Assembly: GCA_947167075.1 (NCBI GenBank)
Contig: CAMVGR010000004.1
Coordinates: 73,597 to 137,596, forward strand
DNA from: an uncultured Bacteroidales bacterium
GTDB taxonomy: Bacteria > Bacteroidota > Bacteroidia > Bacteroidales > P3
DNA: 64,000 nt
Direction of reading: 5' to 3'
A program made the translations under genes and the position numbers. Within the stretch, counting starts at the first letter, position 1. Each line of letters opens with the position of its first letter. Below are positions 55,956-64,000 of this stretch, in pieces. A model generated the notes under the pieces. It made no database searches. It was not told where the DNA came from and saw only the letters and a list, made by a program, of their open reading frames with translations.

Positions 55956-58900
55956 ATGTATTTCAACGTTGTCACTATAAAAACTACTGGGGTCGTACGG
56001 CTCTTGCTCCTGTGCCTAATGCTACTCGTGGGTATCGGTGTCTCTGCACAGACGGAAATCACATCTTTGGGAAGCATCTCGCCCACTGGCAACTACAAGA
56101 TTGTTGCTGATATCGACGCCTCTTCTTTTTCCACCATCTCCTCCTTCAGCGGCACCCTCGAGGCCGCCATCAATCCCGAGACGCACATGCCCTATCGCAT
56201 CACGAACCTCTCCGCCCCCCTCTTCAACATCCTCGCGGGTACGGTGAAGAACCTGGTGATTGAGAGTGTCGCCATCAGCGGGCACACCGGCAACACCGGT
56301 GCCATTGCCTGCACCGCCAATGGCGCGGCGCGCATCTACAATGTGGGCATCCTCTCTGGCTCGGTGGGCGGCACAGGCAACACCGGCGGCCTGGTGGGCT
56401 ACCTCGACGGCACCGCCCGTGTGGTCAACTGCTATTCCTTCGCCGACATTACCAGCGGCACGGAGAAGGGCGGCCTGGTGGGCTACAACAACTATGCCAC
56501 CAAGTACAACGACCTGAAGACCATGGTGATGAACTGCATGTTCTACGGCGACATCACCGAGGGTGGTACTATTTCACCCATTTACGGGGGCTCCGCCATC
56601 AGCAACGACTACAATGCGAATAACACCAACCGGTTAAACAACTACAACTATTACCTCTACGAGTCACCCTTCAGCAAAAACAACACAACATCACACCCTG
56701 TCATCTCATCCTACAACTGTGCCCTCGCTGCCGAGCAACGTTTCCTGGTGCGCTTCGAATTCTACCGCCACCTGCTCAATTCCACTCGCGAGCTGGCCGC
56801 TTGGTATGCCACTGGCACTGCCAGCCAAAGCAGCATGCACAAATGGGTGCTCGACCTCAACATTGCCCCCTACCCCATACTGAAAGAGCAAGGCAAGTAT
56901 CCGTCGGTGGTGAACTACGACGCAACCTACACCTACATCGACGGAGCAAAGCAGAAGCGCGACACCATCACCGTACGCAACCACGGTGGGCAACTCGGCA
57001 CATTGACGGTTAATATCAGCCATCCGGCAACACCCACGGCAGGCCAATCATGGCCTTCAGGTGTCACCATCAGTCACGCCTCGCTCCAGATTCCCATACT
57101 TGACAAAGACACTGCCAACTATAATTTCAACTATCGAAAAATCCAACTTCCCTACTACAACGACGTGGGCGACAAGAACTACACCGACAACAAGGTGGTG
57201 ACGGGATGGATGATTACAGAAATGACAAACGGCACCCAGGGCAGCTACACCGAAACCAATTACGACTACCCCAACTACAACTACGCAGACCGCAGTACCT
57301 ATGCCAAAGACCTCTATAGTGAGAGTAGTCGCATCTTCTCCCAGGGCGGCTACTTCAATGTCCCCGATGGTGTGACGGCCATCACCATCGAACCCTACTG
57401 GGGTAAGGCGGCCTACCTCTCCGACGCCTGCTACGACCGCTACGGCTATAACAACACCGACAACCTGACTCAGGTTGGCGGGCAGCGTTACACCAACGGC
57501 AACACCTATACCATCAACGGCAGCAGCCAAGCGGTGTATACCACTGCCGCCAACGCTTTGGCGGCACTAACCGATGTTGCGTCACCTACGGTCTATGACT
57601 ATGCCGTGGTGCTGGTGGGCAACTACCACCACCATGCCACAACTGGCAAAAGCGGCCCCGAAATATCAAACGGCACGAAACCCTTCACCATCATGTCCAT
57701 CGACCTTAACCAGGACAACGAACCCGATTATTGTCTCATCTATCGAAGCGGCAAGAACCAACAGATTTCTCCCATCCGCTTCGACTTCATCACGGTGCCC
57801 GGCATGGTCATGGCGCACAAGATGGCATCACATGCCGACCTCGGCATCCCCGGCAACTGCACACCCAGAGGATGGTTTGAGATCACCACCACCGGCTTGA
57901 TTAAGTACGGACAGTTTGAGCACAGTTACAACGGCAAATCATTGGCACCCGTCATCTTCATGGGCGGTGTCATCGACCAGTTTGTTGCCAACAATACAGG
58001 TACTGGCGAGAACTATAATAATAAGACCAAATACATGCTTTTGGGCGACAATGTGTGGTTCAAGATGCTTAGTAATGGAGCGCACATGGACAAACAAAGC
58101 CCTACTCCTCATCGACCCATCTCTCTGACAGGAGGCGAGTACGAAAAACTCTATCTTTCAGGGTATTTCCGTCCCGACGCCAATGCATGCACAACTGCTA
58201 ATGGCGACCGCAACGCCGAATGCTACATTGACGGCGGCCGCTTCGGCGAAGTAGCCGGTGCCGGGCAGGAACAAATTTCGGGCAACGTCACATGGATGAT
58301 AGACCATGCCGACATGGAGAGTTTCTATGGCGGTGGCATCAACAAGGAGAACCCTATAACAGGCGACATAAGCACCACCATAAAGAACAGCCATGTGAAA
58401 CTTTTCTGCGGTGGTCCCAAGTTTGGTGATATGGCGACAGACAAAACCGTCACCACCGTGGCCACAGATTGCGTCTTCGGCACCTATTTCGGCGCCGGCT
58501 ACGGCGGCACCTCAATCTACAGGGAATGCCCGTCGGCATATAACCAATTCAACGACAAGAACTATAATTTCAATAGCTGGGTCAGCGGAAGTTATGGCAA
58601 AGCTGACGGCGCAAGCTACCGCGGAAAATACACATCGGGGAAGGGTGTGGCCTGTGGTCACGAGTACGAATTCTTTGGCGGATCGGCAGGCAATGTGGGT
58701 CGTCTGTATCTCAAATATGCCTCCTTCTCGTTGGCAAAGACCAACAATGTCACCTCCACGCTGACGGGCTGCACCGTGACAGGTAATTTCTATGGCGGCG
58801 GCAGTCTCGGCGAAGTCGTCGGCAGCGTTACATCCACACTCACCAGCTGTACGGTCAACGGGAGTGTGTATGGCGCGGGTTTTTCGGCCACCATCCCCTC

Positions 58901-59333
58901 GGCGAGTGTCATGGCGACAGGTGGCTATACACTGAACGGCAGCGCAACCAACCCATATTATAACGAGACCACCGGTGTGTATGAAAAGGCCGACCCTCCT
59001 GCCACTACCGAATACACGTGGACGAATGTCGAGAACCTCGACGGCGGTACTCAGACGTTATCGGACGACGGCTTTACTGTCAAAACCACAGAAAACCTTG
59101 ATGCTCTTGGTTCTGTGACGGGTGCCGTCACTCTCACCATCGGCGGTTCCAGCATTATTGGCACCGCTGGCAACCCTGCAACAGGCAATGTCTTCGGCGG
59201 TGGCGAAGAGAGTGCCGTAGAAGGCGATATCGAGGTTACGCTGCAGGACGAGACCGAAGTGCTTGGGAACGTCTACGGCGGCGGCAACCGCGGCGCCGTG
59301 ACAGGCAACACCTCGGTGCTCCTCAAAGACTGA
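55956..59333 (+). CDS. Large secreted repeat protein (1125 aa) with GGLVGY (GLUG-like) and GxxYGGG beta-helix-like repeats; no T9SS CTD
   Basis: Signal peptide (LLLLCLMLLVGIGVSAQ). N-terminal repeats (GNTGGLVGYLDG, EKGGLVGYNNY). C-terminal repeats (GNFYGGGSLGEVVG, GSVYGAGF, GNVFGGGEESAVEG, GNVYGGGNRGAVTG). The ORF ends inside the repeat run. Confidence 0.75.
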   Translation: MYFNVVTIKTTGVVRLLLLCLMLLVGIGVSAQTEITSLGSISPTGNYKIVADIDASSFSTISSFSGTLEAAINPETHMPYRITNLSAPLFNILAGTVKNLVIESVAISGHTGNTGAIACTANGAARIYNVGILSGSVGGTGNTGGLVGYLDGTARVVNCYSFADITSGTEKGGLVGYNNYATKYNDLKTMVMNCMFYGDITEGGTISPIYGGSAISNDYNANNTNRLNNYNYYLYESPFSKNNTTSHPVISSYNCALAAEQRFLVRFEFYRHLLNSTRELAAWYATGTASQSSMHKWVLDLNIAPYPILKEQGKYPSVVNYDATYTYIDGAKQKRDTITVRNHGGQLGTLTVNISHPATPTAGQSWPSGVTISHASLQIPILDKDTANYNFNYRKIQLPYYNDVGDKNYTDNKVVTGWMITEMTNGTQGSYTETNYDYPNYNYADRSTYAKDLYSESSRIFSQGGYFNVPDGVTAITIEPYWGKAAYLSDACYDRYGYNNTDNLTQVGGQRYTNGNTYTINGSSQAVYTTAANALAALTDVASPTVYDYAVVLVGNYHHHATTGKSGPEISNGTKPFTIMSIDLNQDNEPDYCLIYRSGKNQQISPIRFDFITVPGMVMAHKMASHADLGIPGNCTPRGWFEITTTGLIKYGQFEHSYNGKSLAPVIFMGGVIDQFVANNTGTGENYNNKTKYMLLGDNVWFKMLSNGAHMDKQSPTPHRPISLTGGEYEKLYLSGYFRPDANACTTANGDRNAECYIDGGRFGEVAGAGQEQISGNVTWMIDHADMESFYGGGINKENPITGDISTTIKNSHVKLFCGGPKFGDMATDKTVTTVATDCVFGTYFGAGYGGTSIYRECPSAYNQFNDKNYNFNSWVSGSYGKADGASYRGKYTSGKGVACGHEYEFFGGSAGNVGRLYLKYASFSLAKTNNVTSTLTGCTVTGNFYGGGSLGEVVGSVTSTLTSCTVNGSVYGAGFSATIPSASVMATGGYTLNGSATNPYYNETTGVYEKADPPATTEYTWTNVENLDGGTQTLSDDGFTVKTTENLDALGSVTGAVTLTIGGSSIIGTAGNPATGNVFGGGEESAVEGDIEVTLQDETEVLGNVYGGGNRGAVTGNTSVLLKD

Positions 59334-59360
59334 TTTTTCCAACTTTTTTTTCTTTTTTTT

Positions 59361-59388
59361 CAATTTTCAATTTTCAATTTTCAATTTT
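59361..59388 (+). repeat. (CAATTTT)4 heptanucleotide tandem repeat directly upstream of the EF-G2 promoter box
   Basis: Read directly. It is preceded by two T-runs (T9 C T8) and followed 5 nt later by the -7 box. Confidence 0.95.
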
Positions 59389-59393
59389 CTTTG

Positions 59394-59401
59394 TATCTTT
59401 G
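59394..59401 (+). promoter_or_regulatory. -7 promoter box (TATCTTTG) for the EF-G paralog
   Basis: Matches TAnnTTTG, 93 nt upstream of the ATG at 59494. Confidence 0.55.
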
Positions 59402-59493
59402 CACCCTCATACCACACCGCTGCACATAGTGGCGAGTGCGTTTATGACACTATCGTTCAACGAAATAAAGAATAAAAATAAATAACAGTAACA

Positions 59494-61626
59494 ATGAAAA
59501 TTTATCAGACACAGGACATTCGCAACATCGCCCTCGTAGGCGGTGCCAAGAGCGGCAAGACCAGCATGGCCGAGGCCATGGCCTTCTGCGGAGGCCTCAT
59601 CAACCGTCGTGGCAGCGTAGACAGCAAAAACACCATCAGTGACTATCGCGACATCGAGCACGACCGCGGCTATTCCGTGGAGAACACCCTCATGTACACC
59701 GAATTTGGTGGCAAGAAGGTGAATATTCTCGATGTGCCTGGCTTTGCCGACTATCAGGGTGAGCTCGACAGTGCCCTCAACGTGGTCGAGGCTGCCGTCG
59801 TTGTGGTCAATGCCCAAAGTGGTGTTGAGGTGGGCACCGAGATTGCCAACCGCTACGCCGCCAAGCTCGACACCCCGATGATCTTCGTTATCAACCACCT
59901 CGATGCAGAGAAGGCCAACTTCGATGAGAGCGTCAACCAACTGAAGGACTACTTCGGTGGCAAGTGCACTGTGCTGCAGTTCCCGACCAATGCCGGTCTG
60001 GGATTCAACCAGGTGGTCGACATCGTGGCCAACAAGATGTACACCTTCACCGACGGTAAAATGACCGAAGCCGACATCCCTGCCGAGTATGCAGACAAGG
60101 CCGAAGAGATGCGCATGGCTCTCGTCGAGGAAGCTGCTGCTGCCGACGATGCCCTGATGGAGAAATACTTCGAGAATGGTGACCTCACTGCTGAGGAGCT
60201 TACCCAGGCCCTTAAGCTTGCCATCGACAAGCGCGACCTTTTCCCCATCCTCTGCACCAGCGCAAAGGAGAACTTCGGTGTAAACCGTCTGCTGGAGTTC
60301 ATCTGCCAGAACGTCCCCGCCCCCTGCGAGGTGGCCGACTGCAAGAAGACCAAGGGCGGCAAAGAGCTGAAGAGCAACAGTGCCAACCCCACCGTGGCTT
60401 TCTGCTTCAAGAGCGCTAAGGATAAGAATCTTGGTGAAATCAGCTATCTCCGCATCTACGACGGCGAGCTGGCCGAGGCACAAGATGTGGTCAACGCTTG
60501 CAATCAGAGCAAGGAGCGCGTCAGCCAGGTGCTCGTGTGCAGTGGCAGCAACCGTCAGCGTGTCGAGAAGGCTTGCGCCGGCGACATTGTCTGCACCATC
60601 AAGCTGAAAGATGTCAAGATCAACCACACCCTCACCACCCCGAAGAACACCGACGACGCCGTGTGCGAAATCGAGTTCCCGACTCCTATCTACACCGTCG
60701 CAGTGAAGGCCGCCAACAGCAACGACGACGAGAAGGTCGGCGCCGCGCTGAAGGACCTCGTCACCTACGACCGCTGCCTCACGCTCGAGAACAGCCGCGA
60801 GCTGCGCCAGGTCATCCTCGGCTGCCAGGGCGAGCTGCACCTCAACACCGTGAAGTGGTACTTCGAGAACCAGTACAAGCTGGCCGTCAACTTCACCGCC
60901 CCCAACATCCCCTACCGCGAGACCATCACCAAGAGCGCCGAGGCCATGTATCGCCACAAGAAACAGTCGGGTGGTAGCGGTCAGTTTGGTGAGGTGCACA
61001 TGCTCATAGAGCCCTACTACGACGGCATGCCCAACCAGACCAAGTACCCTATCCGCGACACCCAGGAGTATCCGCTGGAGTGGGGCGGCAAGCTGGTCTT
61101 CAACAACTGCATCGTGGGCGGTTCGATCGACGCCCGCTTCATGCCCGCCATCCTCAAGGGTATCATGGAGAAGATGGAGCAGGGTCCTCTCACCGGTTCC
61201 TATGCCCGCGACATCGTCGTCAACATCTACGACGGTAAGATGCACCCCGTCGACTCCAACGAAACGGCCTTCAAGATTGCCGGCCGTACCGCCTTCCGCG
61301 AGGCCTTCAAGCAGGCTGCCCCGAAGATCAAGGAGCCTATCTACGACATCGCCGTCACCGTGCCCACCGAGGCACAGGGTGGCGTGATGACCGACCTGCA
61401 GGGTCGCCGCGCCATCGTCATGGGCATGGATGCCGAAGGCAAGTACACCACGCTGAAAGCCAAGGCCCCCTTGGCCGAGATGAACCGCTACTGCACCGCC
61501 CTGAGCTCCCTCACCAGCGGCCGCGGTACCTTCACCATGACCTTCAGCAGCTACGAGCTCGTCCCCGCCGATGTCCAGCAGGCTCTCCTCAAAGCCTACG
61601 AGGAAGCCGCCGCCGAGGAAGAGTAG
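59494..61626 (+). CDS. Elongation factor G paralog (EF-G2-type) with degenerate GTPase motifs
   Basis: Five-domain EF-G-like protein of 710 aa. G1 is GGAKSGKTS. G3 is DVPGFADY, where canonical EF-G has DTPGHVDF, so Phe replaces the catalytic His. G4 is NHLD where the canonical motif is NKxD. Strong GC3 codon bias. Confidence 0.85.
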   Translation: MKIYQTQDIRNIALVGGAKSGKTSMAEAMAFCGGLINRRGSVDSKNTISDYRDIEHDRGYSVENTLMYTEFGGKKVNILDVPGFADYQGELDSALNVVEAAVVVVNAQSGVEVGTEIANRYAAKLDTPMIFVINHLDAEKANFDESVNQLKDYFGGKCTVLQFPTNAGLGFNQVVDIVANKMYTFTDGKMTEADIPAEYADKAEEMRMALVEEAAAADDALMEKYFENGDLTAEELTQALKLAIDKRDLFPILCTSAKENFGVNRLLEFICQNVPAPCEVADCKKTKGGKELKSNSANPTVAFCFKSAKDKNLGEISYLRIYDGELAEAQDVVNACNQSKERVSQVLVCSGSNRQRVEKACAGDIVCTIKLKDVKINHTLTTPKNTDDAVCEIEFPTPIYTVAVKAANSNDDEKVGAALKDLVTYDRCLTLENSRELRQVILGCQGELHLNTVKWYFENQYKLAVNFTAPNIPYRETITKSAEAMYRHKKQSGGSGQFGEVHMLIEPYYDGMPNQTKYPIRDTQEYPLEWGGKLVFNNCIVGGSIDARFMPAILKGIMEKMEQGPLTGSYARDIVVNIYDGKMHPVDSNETAFKIAGRTAFREAFKQAAPKIKEPIYDIAVTVPTEAQGGVMTDLQGRRAIVMGMDAEGKYTTLKAKAPLAEMNRYCTALSSLTSGRGTFTMTFSSYELVPADVQQALLKAYEEAAAEEE

Positions 61627-61692
61627 TTTCATGCTTCGCGTGGTGCAGTCGCGAATTTCGCGACCATCAGCGTCCCGCATCATCAACATCAA

Positions 61693-61721
61693 AGGGTGTC
61701 CCCATCGGGATGCCCTTTTTT
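61693..61721 (+). terminator. Rho-independent terminator after the EF-G paralog
   Basis: AGGGTGTCCC-CATC-GGGATGCCCT hairpin (two G-U pairs) followed by TTTTT. Confidence 0.7.
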
Positions 61722-61816
61722 AACGCCATTTTTTTCATAACGATAGATGCCTCCATACCCCCATTGGGATGCACACACACATCTCTTCTTGTGCTGTCCC
61801 CTATAATAATATATAT

Positions 61817-61842
61817 ATATATTCTTCTTAAGAAGAATATAT
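61817..61842. repeat. Perfect 26-bp AT-rich palindrome
   Basis: ATATATTCTTCTT|AAGAAGAATATAT, a perfect dyad that I verified base by base. Confidence 0.9.
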
Positions 61843-61931
61843 GAATCAAGTAGTTACATATATCTATAAGTCCATGCCATCCCTATATTAAGCCTATACT
61901 ATCTCTATACCAAGTCTATAGTAACAAGGAA

Positions 61932-61986
61932 GTACCTCCGGTGTACCGCTTATGTACCTTCGGTGTTCCTTCGTCCTTCCGATACC
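61932..61986. repeat. Degenerate 11-bp phased array (copy F)
   Basis: GTACCTCCGGT GTACCGCTTAT GTACCTTCGGT GTTCCTTCGTC CTTCCGATACC. GTACC/GTTCC/CTTCC recur at exactly 11-nt spacing. Confidence 0.65.
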
Positions 61987-62040
61987 CTAGGCATATCCAT
62001 CCCTCGCTCTACCCTTACCCGTTGGGTATGCCTAGGGTAT
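61982..62040. other. Long imperfect hairpin (18-bp stem, 23-nt loop) upstream of 62112..62807
   Basis: ATACCCTAGGCATATCCA (61982-61999) pairs with TGGGTATGCCTAGGGTAT (62023-62040), with one G-U pair. The core is a 12-bp perfect inverted repeat, ACCCTAGGCATA / TATGCCTAGGGT. Confidence 0.8.
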
Positions 62041-62111
62041 GCCTGCCTGCAGTATGGCTGCAGCACAATAAAACCGACCGTCCTTCGTTATTATCCTAAA
62101 ACACAGCAGTT

Positions 62112-62807
62112 ATGGCAAGAAAACAGGGCGATACCGAGAGCGGTAAACACGGCAACAAGATTCTCTACAAATGGCATGGACGGCAGTGCGAGCGCTCCAT
62201 GCCCACCTCTGTGGCCAATCCGCAAACCGAGGCGCAGCAGGCTCACCGCAGCAACTTCGCGATGATTTCCAAACTCTCGTCGTATATGAAGGCTGCTCAC
62301 CTCGTCGGACTTCATTGGCATGCGGTACGTGAGCACAATAGCACCTATGCAATCTTCCGCCAGCTCAACAGAGACTGCTTCACCACCGACGGCGAGATTG
62401 ACCTACCGTGCGTCATCGTCAGTCGCGGAACAGTGGAACGGGTGGAAATCACTTCAGCATCCATCGACAACGGTGTCCTCACCGTCATTTTCGACAGCCA
62501 TATTTATGGTGGCAAAGCCACCGACGAGTTCTTCCTCTTCGTTTACTGTCCCGCACTCTGCACCGGTCGCCTCGCCACCCCCGTCCCCCGATTTTCCGGC
62601 CTTGCCACCGCCGTCCTCCCTCCAGAATGGCTCCACCCTACAGAACCCACCCAAACAGACACTAACACATTAACGCATTCTCACTCCACCTCTACGCCTT
62701 CCTCCGCTCCACCCGTCCCGCACCTCCGACACCATCCATATCTCTTTGCCTGTCTGAGTTCACATTTTTTTCTCGGTTTCAGAAAGATTTCATATCTTTG
62801 CAAATGA
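62112..62807 (+). CDS. Hypothetical protein (possibly DUF6266-like), with an odd low-complexity C-terminal tail
   Basis: The N-terminus (MARKQGDTESGKHGNKILYKWHGRQCERSMPTSVANPQTEAQQAHRSNF) resembles a Bacteroidota-specific conserved hypothetical family; this is from memory and low certainty. The last 60 or so codons (PTQTDTNTLTHSHSTSTPSSAPP...) run into the next gene's promoter and may not be native coding sequence. Confidence 0.5.
   Translation: MARKQGDTESGKHGNKILYKWHGRQCERSMPTSVANPQTEAQQAHRSNFAMISKLSSYMKAAHLVGLHWHAVREHNSTYAIFRQLNRDCFTTDGEIDLPCVIVSRGTVERVEITSASIDNGVLTVIFDSHIYGGKATDEFFLFVYCPALCTGRLATPVPRFSGLATAVLPPEWLHPTEPTQTDTNTLTHSHSTSTPSSAPPVPHLRHHPYLFACLSSHFFLGFRKISYLCK
62793..62800 (+). 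promoter_or_regulatory. -7 promoter box (TATCTTTG) for the WYL regulator gene
   Basis: Matches TAnnTTTG, 77 nt upstream of the ATG at 62877. Confidence 0.55.
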
Positions 62808-62876
62808 ATTCGTGCGCAAAAAGATTGCACATGCATCCCGTACTTTTGTAGTCGGAAACAACAAGAAAGAATAGTT

Positions 62877-63953
62877 ATGCCAGCAAACAAAAACGCCGAG
62901 ACACGATACAAGATACTTGACAAGCTCCTTGCCAGACGGTATGCCAATTATACGATGGAAGACCTTCGTCGACTCGTCAACGAGGAATTATTGGATATTT
63001 TAGGCGAGGAGAAGTTCAAGCCGGTCAGCATCCGTTCCATCCAGTACGACCTCAATTACATTCAAGGAGAGCCGTTTCTTGCCGACATCGAGAAATACCC
63101 CTTCAACGACGTAAGTCAGAACAACCCTAACAAGACCGTCAAGAAGACTTGCTATCGCTACCGTGACCGTTCTTTCTCAATCTATCAGCAGAAGATGAAC
63201 GACGACGAGAAGCAGCTTCTTGGCGAAGCCATGAAACTGCTCGGCCAGTTCGATGGGCTGCCCCACATGAATGGGCTGGAAAAGCTGCGTGCAGGACTCA
63301 ATATCAAGTCAGACAGGCAAATAATCTCATTTTCCAAGAATCCACTTGAAAATAGCAACCTTCTTGGTGAGCTCTTCACTGCAATCTCGCAGAAACAAGT
63401 GATTGAGTTGCACTATCACACATTCTCTGAACTCGACAATGTACGTCAGGTGGTGCTTCACCCATACTTACTCAAGGAGTACAATCGCCGCTGGTATCTT
63501 ATCGCAGCTTCTGACGATACCAGGAAACTGCTTAATTTCAGACTTGACCAGATTGACAAGTTCATTCCATTACCGACACGTCGGTATCTCCCCTACATAG
63601 GCGACCTCAACGAACGGTATGAGGACATTGTGGGTGTAACATTATATGAGGACCGTCCTTTGCAAACCATTCTTTTCTGGGTCAGCGATGCTTCGAAGGG
63701 TTATGTCGTAACAAAGCCCCTGCATGAATCGCAACGTCATTATCACGGAGAGAAAGAAGAGACATTGCATCAACAGTACCAAATGCTTAAAGGCGGCGCC
63801 TTCTTCTCCATCGAGTGTATCGAGAACTACGAGCTCATCCGTGAGTTGTCTTCCTTTGGGAAAGACCTCATTGTTCTATCGCCCGACAATATTAGGCAGA
63901 AAGTCTTCGACCATGTGGTAGAACAATGCAAGGCCTACCAGCGTTCAAAATGA
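62877..63953 (+). CDS. WYL-domain transcriptional regulator (HTH-WYL-WCX architecture)
   Basis: 358 aa. N-terminal wHTH-like region (ETRYKILDKLLARRYANYTMEDL...SIRSIQYDLNYI), a central WYL-like block (LHPYLLKEYNRRWYLIAASDD) and a C-terminal extension (LSSFGKDLIVLSPDNIRQKV). Confidence 0.75.
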   Translation: MPANKNAETRYKILDKLLARRYANYTMEDLRRLVNEELLDILGEEKFKPVSIRSIQYDLNYIQGEPFLADIEKYPFNDVSQNNPNKTVKKTCYRYRDRSFSIYQQKMNDDEKQLLGEAMKLLGQFDGLPHMNGLEKLRAGLNIKSDRQIISFSKNPLENSNLLGELFTAISQKQVIELHYHTFSELDNVRQVVLHPYLLKEYNRRWYLIAASDDTRKLLNFRLDQIDKFIPLPTRRYLPYIGDLNERYEDIVGVTLYEDRPLQTILFWVSDASKGYVVTKPLHESQRHYHGEKEETLHQQYQMLKGGAFFSIECIENYELIRELSSFGKDLIVLSPDNIRQKVFDHVVEQCKAYQRSK

Positions 63954-63977
63954 TTTTGCCATATCACATGTTCTTCG

Positions 63978-63985
63978 TATATTTG
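63978..63985 (+). promoter_or_regulatory. -7 promoter box (TATATTTG) for a gene beyond the window end
   Basis: Matches TAnnTTTG, 25 nt after the WYL gene stop. No gene start is visible before position 64000. Confidence 0.45.
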
Positions 63986-64000
63986 CAGTCGATATATAGA

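Noticed and set aside
61626-61680. The GTCGCGAA-TT-TCGCGAC dyad just after the EF-G paralog stop, as a separate regulatory palindrome
   Set aside because: It is a short 7-bp stem without a T-run. The stronger hairpin plus T-run at 61693-61721 is the likely terminator, so I do not call this as a feature.
59407-61692. A 761-codon minus-strand ORF covering the whole EF-G paralog locus
   Set aside because: Its translation is low-complexity (Gly/Ala/Val/Leu/Asp-rich) with no recognisable motifs. It is exactly antisense to a gene with clear EF-G motifs and strong GC3 bias. Such a gene typically leaves the opposite strand free of stops.

Overview
This window looks like a Bacteroidota chromosome, probably Prevotella/Segatella-like. 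The basis is TAnnTTTG -7 promoter boxes before most genes, several T9SS C-terminal sorting domains, an S46 dipeptidyl-peptidase and an EF-G2-type paralog. Most of it is core genome. It holds a complete minus-strand dcw cell-division/cell-wall cluster from about 2.9 to 18.2 kb (mraZ-rsmH-ftsL-ftsI-murE-mraY-[murD remnant]-ftsW-murG-murC-ftsQ-ftsA-ftsZ). It also holds housekeeping genes: rpoN, ribH, fmt, HU, gpsA, secG, rpmH, rlmD, apbE, yicC, tadA, class II RNR, rsgA, tRNA-Ala and tRNA-Val. Interspersed are genes for large secreted or T9SS-cargo proteins of unknown function. I found no transposase, integrase, CRISPR array or rRNA. The main finding is a dispersed family of intergenic arrays built from 11-bp phased tandem units (GGTGCATGTAC), with five clear and three degenerate copies, mostly upstream of and co-oriented with genes for exported proteins. 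I cannot match it to any described element. Other observations: (1) rpoN has no stop codon and runs in frame into a signal-peptide/M23 peptidase. (2) The murD slot holds only a 180-aa diverged MurD C-terminal-domain ORF. (3) The EF-G paralog has degenerate GTPase motifs, and a (CAATTTT)4 repeat abuts its promoter. (4) One T9SS cargo gene is compositionally chimeric. (5) A flippase gene fragment marks a rearrangement scar. (6) A WYL-type regulator sits at the right edge and may open an accessory island that is cut off by the window. All calls come from reading the sequence and the ORF track by eye; no searches were run.
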